A stretch of DNA of 64,000 nt from Zancudomyces culisetae HAW-14-8. Its lineage: Eukaryota; Fungi; Kickxellomycota. Of the stretch, positions 36,547 to 47,600 are shown in pieces. The DNA lies in assembly GCA_052426225.1 (NCBI GenBank), contig JBNJNM010000009.1, positions 372,001 through 436,000 on the forward strand, in the 5' to 3' direction. The stretch's first letter is position 1. The number at the start of each line of letters is the position of its first letter. The notes under the pieces were generated by a model. It was not told where the DNA came from, ran no database searches, and was given only the letters and a program-made list of their open reading frames with translations. Made by a program: the position numbers and the translations under genes.

Positions 36547-38106
36547 TCATGATTGAGCGATATTTCGTACAATATATGAATTCGTACTATATAGTATTAC
36601 CCTTCTTAAAAGTTCCAAAATATAATACGAAAAATTTCTCGCATCAGGACTTTCGATCAAATCTAGTTCATCCTCAAACAACACAAGTTTTGTTACCAGA
36701 TTCGGTAAGTCGTGTGTAGCGTTCTCTCCCTTTTCATGGTTCTTTAGATTGTGTATTATCTTTGTCTCTATCTCCTCATTAAAGGTCGCCTTGTAAATAC
36801 AAGGTGTTAGTCCTTGAAAAAGGATTCCGTATACAGTAACATCATTGGATTCTTCTGTGCGGAGATACTTGCTATTTTTAAGGTGGCTTAAGTACAAAAC
36901 AAACATCTCTCCGATTAGCTGCGCTTCGCCGTTGGAACCATCAGTACTTCTGTCTACCTTGTTTTCAATTGCGATGTTACAATAAAATCCAAACTCGTTA
37001 TATATCGCCACATCAATTTCGGATACAATATGAATTTCAGAATCATCTATTTTTAGATATAGCTGTGCTATCTTTAATGCGGTATTTTTATTAAATCTGA
37101 AGATATCCAGTATGTTTTGTACATAACTGTTTACTACAGACTCATACGTTTTATTATCTCTCATACTCCTTAATACTGGTACAATACACTCATATATATG
37201 ATTAGTATTAGCCTCATTCATTAATTGTGTTATTTCGTATCTACTGTGTACCCATGAGTTAAGTAGAGTCAAAATCAACTTTTTTGATTTGTTTATATGA
37301 GGGTATTGCGTTTCTATATAATTCAATCCAGAAAAACTCATGTTTTCATCTTCATTAATACTTTCAAGCTCACTCTTGGAGCGAATATAGGTCTCTTCTA
37401 GTTTATCGTAGAAGTCCATCAACGACAACGACAGAATATATTTAATTTTGTTTTTGTCCTCCTTTTCCATACCAAAGAACTCCATAAATAGCTTTTTAGC
37501 TTCGTTTAAAGATTCGGAATTCACACCAAATATTTCACTGTCTGTGAAATCAGTTTTTCGAAATATTATTCTAAGATTTCCATTTTCATATATAACACGT
37601 TTACCCTCAAATAACACAACATTAGATTTGAGCATACGTTTAACAGTGGTTGCAATCGTATCTTTGTAGTTTGGATTGATAGTTTTGTTTTTAGCCAATT
37701 CCTCTAATTGGGTTTCGTTGATGCAAAGCTTTTGCATTAATTCATCCTTGGTCATTCTACGAAATCTCTTGCACATTTTCTTCAGATAATATCCGATTTC
37801 TTTGTTGTATTTACGTATGCTATCTTCATCAGATTGATATTTTAACTCGTGCTTGTTTACACCCATCAACAAATCCTCAGTAATATACTTCACAGTCCAT
37901 TTGCTTGTTGAGTTAATCTTTGTACTAGAAGTCCTGCTAGCACTTCCAACACTATCCTTTCTAGCCCTCTTTCCTCTGCTTGACCCTTCTGTCAATGATC
38001 CAATATCTTCCATTCTGTTACAAAATGCACACTTTTCACACTCTTCACACTTTTCACACTTAATACACCCTATACACATATATAACCTTTGATGTTTATG
38101 TGGCAT
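36547..38106 (-). CDS. Repeat-encoded protein copy 1: (CxxC)n + NLS-like N-terminus, C-terminal PD-(D/E)XK nuclease-like domain
   Basis: 519 aa intact ORF with CIGCIKCEKCEECEKCAFC, RGKRARK and TYESVVNSYV...EIDVAIY...IAIENK...EAQLIGEM...VYGIL. Confidence 0.75.
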   Translation of the reverse strand: MPHKHQRLYMCIGCIKCEKCEECEKCAFCNRMEDIGSLTEGSSRGKRARKDSVGSASRTSSTKINSTSKWTVKYITEDLLMGVNKHELKYQSDEDSIRKYNKEIGYYLKKMCKRFRRMTKDELMQKLCINETQLEELAKNKTINPNYKDTIATTVKRMLKSNVVLFEGKRVIYENGNLRIIFRKTDFTDSEIFGVNSESLNEAKKLFMEFFGMEKEDKNKIKYILSLSLMDFYDKLEETYIRSKSELESINEDENMSFSGLNYIETQYPHINKSKKLILTLLNSWVHSRYEITQLMNEANTNHIYECIVPVLRSMRDNKTYESVVNSYVQNILDIFRFNKNTALKIAQLYLKIDDSEIHIVSEIDVAIYNEFGFYCNIAIENKVDRSTDGSNGEAQLIGEMFVLYLSHLKNSKYLRTEESNDVTVYGILFQGLTPCIYKATFNEEIETKIIHNLKNHEKGENATHDLPNLVTKLVLFEDELDLIESPDARNFSYYILELLRRVILYSTNSYIVRNIAQS

Positions 38107-40303
38107 CTTCTTTCAAGTTACTTTGCTTTTATTTTATCTAGACGAACGTCTCTCTGTTTCGTATATCCTAAAAACAATAGAATTGTAGATTTTCTCTATC
38201 AACAATTGTGCACTATATGCTCTCTTTATTTTACTACAAACTGGCTAATATACGATGTATGCTTTAATCCACCATACAATCCTTGTACTCAATACAATGT
38301 AGTATTTACGAGTTCATTCAAGAGTTTCTAACTATTTATGCTTTTATTCAACCCTCATTGCCAAACACCACACTTCACGCTATAACATTTGCGTTGGGTG
38401 TTAGTATTTCACCAATATATTTAATACTGCAATTATAGATATATTGTATATGTGGTTGTTTGGAATTCGTAACCATTTTTCCAAAACAAAATACACAATA
38501 ACGCATACAAAAGTAAGCAAAAAGAACTGCTATGGTTTGTATAGCTATCTATTAATAAACATGATGTTTGACGTGATAAACCATTTGCATTAGTTTGTGG
38601 TGTAAATAGGTAAACAAATATGCATGTATTAACCAACACAGTCATAAAAACAGCACTTATTATTACTTTTTGAACTTGAGCATTATTACTAACTGACACA
38701 CACACAAAAGGTAGCTCGACATGAATATTCACATAATCAAAGCTAGTATTAACATTTTCAATAATAAGTAAATGACTCAGATGTTACTAAGCTGGAACAA
38801 CAAACTAGAATGGGGTTGACAATAGCATACTTGAACACACAAACTGAAGCCAACTGGAGTAAATAAACATTGAATGTCTAGGTCTATTCAATGTGTTTGT
38901 TAAACCATGAAGTACACAAACTAAAAATTGTATAGCCTCAAGTATCAGCATACTAAACTACAACACTGATTAACTGGTATAATATCTTTCCACCATTAAC
39001 TGTTGGATAACAATATTATCACCAACTAACAATGCAAATATTAACTCTGTTTTAATTTCTTGTCATATTGTTTTTTGTGTTTTAGCATTCAAGGAGGTGA
39101 AGGTAACTTTGATACTATAGTTTTGTGTACTGAAGTAAAGCAACATCAAAGTATACTAGTATCTGGTTTTCCATTTTTCAACACACTTTATTATTTCATC
39201 CAACAGTAAAAGTGTAAACCAGAAAGCTAATCAAATACCGAATAGTGCATTTATCTTCTACTCCAGTTTCTAAATACGCACCTCCAAGGTATAATACAAT
39301 CAGTATTATCTCAATACTCACAATTAAAAGAAATGTGCTATATTAACTCGTTTTACTATTATCTTTATAAAAATGATACCACACAAAAGTTTAACCAAAA
39401 AAAAGTGATAAACTTAATACTAAATCGAGTCACAAACACAACTAACTCCAAAATACTTCACTACTTTTTTTAGGTATATTGTTAATTTGTTACAAAACCA
39501 CATAAATCATAAATAAGCTTGAAGCTCGATATACTACTACTCATAATTGTGTGTTTGGTATGCACCCCAGACAACTTCAATTGACCAAACCCTCTGAGTT
39601 TTACTGATCATTTGTGCTTTTCAACCAACTCCCACGTTCCGCATTGAACTGATGGTCTGGATGGTATATGGTTTTTACAAAGATATAACCGATCAGCCAG
39701 GTTCATACTTCGTAGATCATCTGTACATTTTGGATGATATTTGTTTGGAACATTTGAAAGCATTAAAAACAATACCACGATTGAAACATAGAATTTGCAG
39801 CTAGAACTGGCTTTGACATTGAAATGAAATTGACACATGAAAAAGACAATTTTCCTTTCCGTTTTAATATTTTATTTCCACACACTCTAGATTTCACAGG
39901 TCATTTGTTTTACAACTTTCATCCTGGAACGCGTAGATTTTTTTTAGAGAGGATAGAAAAAAACTAATCCCGGTTAAAGATGCTCTAAAAGCGACCAAAC
40001 AGAACTTCATTGCATACGAATACACAGCCATTCATTTGTTGCTGCTACTCCTCATTCCGGGATCGTGAATGTTTAAGTCGAGTTAAAATTACATCTATAT
40101 TGCGTAGATTTACAGTTTGTAGAATATTCAATATATTTGATAAGCGTTGACTATAAAACCGGATATTCAAGTAGTAATCATTATCTCTATTCAAAATCAT
40201 TCATATTTTTCTTTCATTTTTCAAGAAAGAAACTAAACACACAAAATAGTATATCAAAAAAAAACCATTACAGTTACTTTACAAACGAGAAAAAACCACA
40301 AAT

Positions 40304-42118
40304 ATGCTGTTTCTTATGGAGCTAAAAGTGCCAGAACCCTCGCCACAGACAACCCTTAACAATGAAAGAAAAAACGGCTTCTTTCCTGTGGAGGACATGG
40401 GATTGTTTATTAACGGCGAAGAGGCTGTTGCGCAAAGAGAGAAGGTGCTGAAAATTGTACGCGCGGAACCAGAAATCTTTGGTATGAAAGAGATATACCA
40501 TATGAGTAGAACAGAAAAAATTGAACACTTATTGAAGCAGGAGCTTAGAATGGTAGAGTTACTAAGGGAGGATAAGCTTACCTCAGATGATATGCTTTTG
40601 GGTATGTCTACAGTTATTGGACTTTCAGGACCATATCGTTTAACCAGAAGCAATTTTATCCTCAGTTGAAAATCAATCAAATCCAGAGCAAATTGAAAAG
40701 TTTGTTAAACCGCTAGAAGAATATAGAATCATTTGATGCTATGCACAAACCGAATTGAACTAAACATAATGGGTAATGGATAATGGATATCTACACCTCA
40801 ACTATGTAGCGTACATTTAATTAATCTGTTACAAAAATACATAAACGTTTCACGAGATGGGACGTTTAGTCGGATAAAAAGTGCCGATCCCCGAATGACA
40901 TATATTTCAATGGTTCAGTTGAGAACAGGAATAGCCTCTGGGATGGGTGTTCTTTTGGCAAGAGCCGTTACTGTTGCCACCAGATACACTGCTGTACGCC
41001 GACAGTTTGGAAAGGTAGGAAAACCAGAAACGCCAGTAATAGATTACGAAATTGTCCAGCATCGAATAATCCCACTGATTGCTCAGGCCTATGCCATGAT
41101 CGGAATGACTCATGAACTTAAGAATCAATTTGTAAGAACCACAGATGCAATCGCAAAGAATGACTTTAGTTTGTTGAAAGAAATGCACGCAACAAGTGCT
41201 GGTCTAAAGAAGTGGAGTACAACAATAAGCATCTATGGAATTGATACCTGTCGTCATGTATGTGGTGGCCATGGATACTCGCAGTTCTCTGGATTGAACC
41301 AACTGTTTACAGATAATTATCCTGGTATTATATACGAAGGCGATAATTACATTCTTGCTCAGCAAACCACAAGATATGTACTAAATATTGCTGGGGATTT
41401 ACTTAAGGGGAGCAGTGACATTGAAAATAATGATACAACCAGGTATATGCAGCGATTCATCACTAAGAGTAATGTCAGTCCTAGTACATCAGCGTTGACT
41501 TGGGTTGGAAGAACTGCCAACCAATTAATTTCAAACAGAACCACACTTATTGATCTTCTGGCATATCGCCTGGCATCTATGACCTCAGATTTGGCACAAA
41601 AAATACACTTTAAGGGACATAAGTTTGAAGATTCTCTTGTAACCGCTCAAGTGATATCAATGGCACATTCAGAGTTTATAGTCGCCCTGTACTTTGACCG
41701 CTACCTCAAAACACTTCCACAAAGTTCACCACTAGCACCAATCCTCGATTTGATATTTGTCATATCGGCGCTGACTTTCTTGACCAGAAATATTGGAGAA
41801 TTACTGCTATTGCCAGCAGAGGCATAAATAAACAAGCAATTTATTGAAGACCTGGAAAGTGAGTATGCCAAAAGGATAAAGGAAGCTAGAGAACAAGCTG
41901 TACCACTCGTTGATGCATTTGATATTCCTGATGAAATATTAAACTCGAGTTTGGGCCGTTACGATGGTGATGTATACAGAGACCATGTCAGGAGAGCATT
42001 AAAAGAACCGCTTAACAGCGAGAAATTTGGAAATGAAATCCGTACAAAATTCTACAACGAGTATACAAGGACAGTACTTTCTAGCGGAAATAGCACCATG
42101 GGAAGTGCAAAGCTTTAA
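40304..42118 (+). pseudogene. Peroxisomal acyl-CoA oxidase pseudogene inserted in repeat unit 2
   Basis: ACOX motifs LNNERKNG, II*CYAQTEL (Gly codon is TGA), MDNGYL, RYTAVRRQFG, CGGHGYS, YEGDNYIL and LVDAFD...LNSSLGRYDGDVY, ending SAKL* (PTS1). It has a broken frame near 40670, an in-frame TAA at 41825-41827, and lacks the middle domain between YAQTEL and MDNG. Confidence 0.9.
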
Positions 42119-42357
42119 CTAACATTTGAATGTACGGCTTTTTGCATCCCACTTACCCTTGAAACAACTTACTGGTATATCTGTTACTCCTCAACCTTTT
42201 ATAACCGGCTTTATTGGAAAGTGAATGAGATGTGTATCCTAGATGCATCAAAAACAAGTAGGTAGATGTTGTGTAAACATTTGGTTTTTAAAGATGCTAT
42301 TAAGATATAAAATATATAAAACGAATAAAAAACTTATTCAAAACCTCCATGTCATAT

Positions 42358-43953
42358 TCATGATTGAGCGATATTGCACACCAAGTGTGAATTGGAATCA
42401 TACAAGACAACTCTTCGTAATAGTTCGATTATGTAATAAGAATAATTACGAGCACCTGGGCTCGTAATTAAATTTGGATTTCCCTTAAACAGTACAAACT
42501 TTGATATCAAATTCAAAAATTTGACTGGAGGCGTTTTCATCTCTTTAATATTCTTTTGATTTTGTAGAATCTGGTTTGCTACCTCTCGGGTAAAGTGACC
42601 CTTGTATATAGTTGGTCTTAGACCAATAAATAAAATCCCGTATACAGTTTTTTCGTTACACTTCTCTATATCTACTCCATCTTCAGAACTGAATAAATCT
42701 AAGAAATATGCAAACATTTCACCAATAATTTGGGCTTTTGCGTTTGTGCCATTAGTTGGATTTTGGGTCTTATCCTCTATGACAAGGTTTCCTTTATAGG
42801 AATCCTTGTCGTATAACATAACATCTACGCCAGATGCTATACTTATACTTGAGCTGCGTATGTTGAAGTTTAAGCTCCCTATTTTTATTTTGTGACTTTT
42901 GTTAAAGCTAAGGATTCCTAGTATGCTTTTTACATAGTCATCAATGAACTTTTCATTGTTTTCATCGCCTATAATAGCCCTTAATGTTGGTAGAATACAT
43001 TGGTATGAGTCGTTTCTGTCTGACTCGCTCATTAACTGCAATATTTCATTTTCGCTAATTGCTCTCGAGTTCAGGAGAGTTAGAATCGATTTTTTTGATC
43101 CACTTATACGAGTATACTCAGTTTCTATATCATCCAATCCGTGAAAGCACAAAAGCTTATGTTCATCTTCCTCCTTCTCCTTCTCCTTCTCCTTTTTCTG
43201 TTTTCCCTTTGCAAGTTCACTCTTAGAGCGAATATAGGATTCCTCCAATTTTTTATAAAATTCTATGAGTGTTAGAGAAAGTATATACTTAATTTTGTTA
43301 TTCTTATCTTTTTCCCTGCTTATGAATTTAATAAAGTTTTCTTTAGCTGAGTGTAGAAATTCGCTATCTACACCAAACACCTCTTCATCTGAAAATGTAG
43401 TCCTAAAACTTTCCAATATTAGTTCTCCATTGTCATATATCAATTGTTCACAGTCAACTAAAACAACATAATACGAAAGTATGGCTTCAGCAACGGTTGC
43501 GTCGATACCGTTGTAGTCGGGCTTAATCTTTTTATTCTTAGTTAATTCTTCATATTGCGTTTTGTTGATGCAAAACTTTTGCATTAATTCATCCTTGGTC
43601 ATTCTAACTGTTCTCTTGTCTATATAATCTTTATAACGACCGAGTTCCTTGTTTACTATACATCTGTTGTGTAAATCGGTTGGGTATAGTGAATCGAACC
43701 TTTTTATGTCTACTGGAAAATCATCAGTAATATACTTCACAGTCCATTTGCTTGTTGAGTTAATCTTTGTACTAGAAGTCCTGCTATCACTTCCAACACT
43801 ATCCTTTCTAGCCCTCTTTCCTCTGCTTGACCCTTCTGTCAATGATCCAATATCTTCCATTCTGTTACAAAATGCACACTTTTCACACTCTTCACACTTT
43901 TCACACTTAATACACCCTATACACATATATAACCTTTGATGTTTATGTGGCAT
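42358..43953 (-). CDS. Repeat-encoded protein copy 2 (PD-(D/E)XK nuclease-like)
   Basis: 531 aa; first ~75 aa almost identical to copy 1; NNEKFIDDYV...GVDVMLY...LVIEDK...KAQIIGEM...VYGIL. Confidence 0.75.
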   Translation of the reverse strand: MPHKHQRLYMCIGCIKCEKCEECEKCAFCNRMEDIGSLTEGSSRGKRARKDSVGSDSRTSSTKINSTSKWTVKYITDDFPVDIKRFDSLYPTDLHNRCIVNKELGRYKDYIDKRTVRMTKDELMQKFCINKTQYEELTKNKKIKPDYNGIDATVAEAILSYYVVLVDCEQLIYDNGELILESFRTTFSDEEVFGVDSEFLHSAKENFIKFISREKDKNNKIKYILSLTLIEFYKKLEESYIRSKSELAKGKQKKEKEKEKEEDEHKLLCFHGLDDIETEYTRISGSKKSILTLLNSRAISENEILQLMSESDRNDSYQCILPTLRAIIGDENNEKFIDDYVKSILGILSFNKSHKIKIGSLNFNIRSSSISIASGVDVMLYDKDSYKGNLVIEDKTQNPTNGTNAKAQIIGEMFAYFLDLFSSEDGVDIEKCNEKTVYGILFIGLRPTIYKGHFTREVANQILQNQKNIKEMKTPPVKFLNLISKFVLFKGNPNLITSPGARNYSYYIIELLRRVVLYDSNSHLVCNIAQS

Positions 43954-45974
43954 CTTCTTTCAAGTTACTTTGCTTTTATTTTATCTAGACGAACGTCTCT
44001 CTGTTTCGTATATCCCAAAAACAATAGTGCAGTATATGTTCTCTTTATTCTATTACAAACTGGCTAATATATGATGTATGCTTTAATTCACCATACAATC
44101 CTTGTACTCAATACAATGTAGTATTTACGAGTTCATTCAAGAATCCCTAACTATTTATGCTTTTATTCAACTCTGATTGTCAAACACCACACTTCACGCT
44201 ATAACATTTGCGTTGGGTGTTAGTATTTCACCAATATATTTAATACTGCAATTATAGATATATTGTATATGTGGTTGTTTGGAATTCGTAACCATTTTTC
44301 CAAAACAAAATACACAATAACGCATACAAAAGTAAGCAAAAAGAACTGCTATGGTTTGTATAGCTATCTATTAATAAACAATATGTTTGATGTGATAAAC
44401 CATTTGCATTAGTTTGTGGTGTAAATAGGTAAACAAGTATGCATGTATTAACCAACACAGTCATAAAAACAGCACTTATTATTACTTGTTGAACTTGAAA
44501 AATGATAACCAACTGACACACACACAAGGTAACTCGACATGAATATTTACATATTCAAAGCCGGTATTAACATTTTCAATAATGAGTAGATGACTCAGAT
44601 GTTACTAAGCTGGAACAACAAACTAAAATTAGGTTTACAATAGCATACTTGAACACACAAACTGAAGCCAACTGGAGTAAATAAACATTGAATGTCTAGG
44701 TCTATTCAATGTGTTTGTTAAACCATGAAGTACACAAACTAAAAATTGTATAGCCTCAAGTATCAGCATACTAAGCTACAACACTGATTAGCTGGTATAA
44801 TATCACCTCACCATTAACTGTTGGATAACAATATTATCACCAACTAACAATGTAAATATTAACTCTGTTTTAATTTCTTGTCATATTGTTTTTTGTGTTT
44901 TAGCATTCAAGGAGTTGGTTGTAGTTTTAGTACTATAGTTTTGTGTAACTGAAGTAAAGCAACTTCAAAGTGTACTAGCAACTGGTTTTCCATTTTTCAA
45001 CACACTTTATTATTTCATCCAACAGTAAAAGTGTAAACCAGAAAGCTAATCAAATACCGAATAGTGCATTTATCTTCTACTCCAGTTTCTAAATACGCAC
45101 CTCCAAGGTATAATACAATCAGTAATATCTCAATACCCACAATTAAAAGAAATGTGCTATATTAACTCGTTTCACCATTATCTTTATAAAAATGATACCA
45201 CACAAAAGCTTAAACCAAAAAAAAGTGATAAACCTCATACTAAATCGAGTCACAAACACAACTAACTCCACAATACTTCACTACATCTTTTTAGGTAGAT
45301 TATTAGTTTGTTACAAAACCACATAAATCATAAATAAGCTTGAAGCTCGATATACTACTACTCATAATTGTGTGTTTGGTATGCACCCCAGACAACTTCA
45401 ATTGACCAAACCCTTTGAGTTTTACTGATCATTTGTGCTTTTCAACCAACTCCCACCTTTCACATTGAACTGATGGTCTGGATAGTATATGGTTTTTACA
45501 AAGATATAACCGATCAGCCAGGCTCATACTTCGTAGATCATCTGTCCAGTTTGGATGATATTTGTTTGGAACAGTTGACAGCACTAAAAACAGTGCCACG
45601 ATTGAAACATAGAATTTGCAGCTAGAACTGGCTTTGACATTGAAATGAAATTGACATGAAAAAGACGCCTTTTTCCGTTTTAATATTTTATTTCCACACA
45701 CTCTAGATTTCACAGGTCATTTGTTTTACAACTTTCATATTCATAGAGTTTTCAAGTTTTTTTAAAAACCTGTCAAATCTAGGTATCCTATATAACACAT
45801 AAACATATAAATAATCATCAATATACTATATTTGATACCAAAAATTGGCGTTTATTTTAGTTGAGCTTTTAACTTTTAAGAATTGACAGCGTAAATCACA
45901 CCTTTTTAAATTTCAACATATAGGTATATAAAACGAATAAAACTAATCCAAAAACTTTTGTGTCATATTCATGA

Positions 45975-47600
45975 TTAAGCGATATTGCACACCAAGTGTG
46001 AATTGGAGTCATGCAAGACAACTCTTCTAAACAACTCTATAATAAAGTAGGAATAATTACGAGCACCTGGGCTCGTAATTAAGTTCTCTATGCCTTTAAA
46101 AAGCACAAGCTTTGATACCACATTCGATACTTTTTCTGTAATCTCCTCGTAGTTCTGATACTTTTTATGATTTTTTATGATCAGCTCTGCTGTTTTACTG
46201 TCGAAAGTAGCTTTATAAAACGTTGGTCTTAAACCGATAAAAACAATCCCGTAAACTGTTTTTTCCTTTAACCTATCCAAATTGATTTTATTATCCACAG
46301 TGAATTGGCTCATATATACGGAGAACATCTCTCCAATAATCTGCGCTTCAGCGTTTTTGATATTGTATCCTGTGTCTGTTTTGTCTTCGACACCGAAGCA
46401 ATAGTTAGTTACATTTTCTTTGAATAGACTCACATCCACTTGGGATGATAGGCTTACGTTATTGGTGTTAATCCTGAGATTTAAGCTACCAATGTTTATA
46501 CTGTTGTTTTTGTTATAGGAAAAGATTCCTAATATGCTTTTTACGTAGTCGTCAATGACTTTTTCATCCTTTTTATTGCCTGTCATAGCCCTTAGTGTTG
46601 GTAGAACACACTGATATGAGTCGTTTCTGTCAGCTTCATTCATCAGCTCGATCATTTCATCTTTGTTTTTTACTCTTGAGTTCAGAAGAGTCAAAATTGA
46701 TTTTTTTGATCCGTTTATGTGGGTGTATTCTGCTTCTATATTATCCAATTTAGAAGAACTCATTTTTTTATCTTCATTTTCATCCTCATCCTCATCCTCA
46801 TCCTCATCCTCATCCTCATCCTCATCCTCATCCTCATCCTCATCCTCATCCTCATCCTCATTAATCCTTTCAAGCTCACTCTTGGAGCGAATATAGGTCT
46901 CTTCTAGTTTATCGTAGAAGTCCATCAACGACAACGACAGAATATATTCAATTTTGTTTTTGTCATCTTTATCATCGTTTATGAACTTAATAAATTCTTC
47001 CTTTGCTTGATCCAGACTTTTTTTACGAACACCGAATATTTTACTGTCTGTGAAATTAGTTTTTCGATATATTAATCTAAGATTTCCATTTTCATATATA
47101 ACACGCTTACCCTCAAATAACACAACACTAGATGTGAGATTACGTTTAACAATGATTGCAATCGTATCTTTGTAGTTTGGATTGATAGTTTTGTTTTTAG
47201 CCAATTCCTCTAATTGGGTTTCATCAATGTAAAGATAAAGCGAGAGTACGTCTTGAGCCATGTTAATGGTTCCTTTGCTCAATTCTTCCCTATAACGCCT
47301 GAGTTTGTTTATTTTTATACACTCGATTTGTAAATCGTCTGGATATAATATCTTGTGCTCAGGAAATGTTGAAAAACAAGCTTCAATACTCTCCATAGTC
47401 CATCTACAAGTAGAGTCAAGCTTTTTACTAGAAATGCTGCTGTCACCTTCAACACTATCCTTTCTAGCCCTCTTTCCTCTGCTTGACCCTTCTGTAGATG
47501 ACCCAATATCTGACATTCTGTTACAAAATTCACACTCTTCACACTCTTCACACTCTTCACACCTTATACATATATATAACCTTTGATGTTTATGTGGCAT
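45975..47600 (-). CDS. Repeat-encoded protein copy 3 (PD-(D/E)XK nuclease-like) with poly-(ED) linker
   Basis: 541 aa; CIRCEECEECEECEFC, RGKRARK and KDEKVIDDYV...QVDVSLF...FGVEDK...EAQIIGEM...VYGIV. Confidence 0.75.
   Translation of the reverse strand: MPHKHQRLYICIRCEECEECEECEFCNRMSDIGSSTEGSSRGKRARKDSVEGDSSISSKKLDSTCRWTMESIEACFSTFPEHKILYPDDLQIECIKINKLRRYREELSKGTINMAQDVLSLYLYIDETQLEELAKNKTINPNYKDTIAIIVKRNLTSSVVLFEGKRVIYENGNLRLIYRKTNFTDSKIFGVRKKSLDQAKEEFIKFINDDKDDKNKIEYILSLSLMDFYDKLEETYIRSKSELERINEDEDEDEDEDEDEDEDEDEDEDEDEDENEDKKMSSSKLDNIEAEYTHINGSKKSILTLLNSRVKNKDEMIELMNEADRNDSYQCVLPTLRAMTGNKKDEKVIDDYVKSILGIFSYNKNNSINIGSLNLRINTNNVSLSSQVDVSLFKENVTNYCFGVEDKTDTGYNIKNAEAQIIGEMFSVYMSQFTVDNKINLDRLKEKTVYGIVFIGLRPTFYKATFDSKTAELIIKNHKKYQNYEEITEKVSNVVSKLVLFKGIENLITSPGARNYSYFIIELFRRVVLHDSNSHLVCNIA
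46780..46861. repeat. (TCATCC)n hexanucleotide microsatellite encoding the poly-ED tract of copy 3
   Basis: About 13 direct tandem copies of catcct. Confidence 0.95.

Noticed and set aside
38089-38732. ORFs of 80-99 aa in the upstream spacer, repeated in the units
   Set aside because: Non-ATG or inconsistent starts and compositionally non-coding; recurrence is explained by DNA-level duplication.
41825-41827. In-frame stops in ACOX as evidence of stop-codon reassignment
   Set aside because: The gene also has a broken frame and a large deletion, and other genes use TAA/TAG/TGA as normal stops, so a pseudogene is the simpler explanation.
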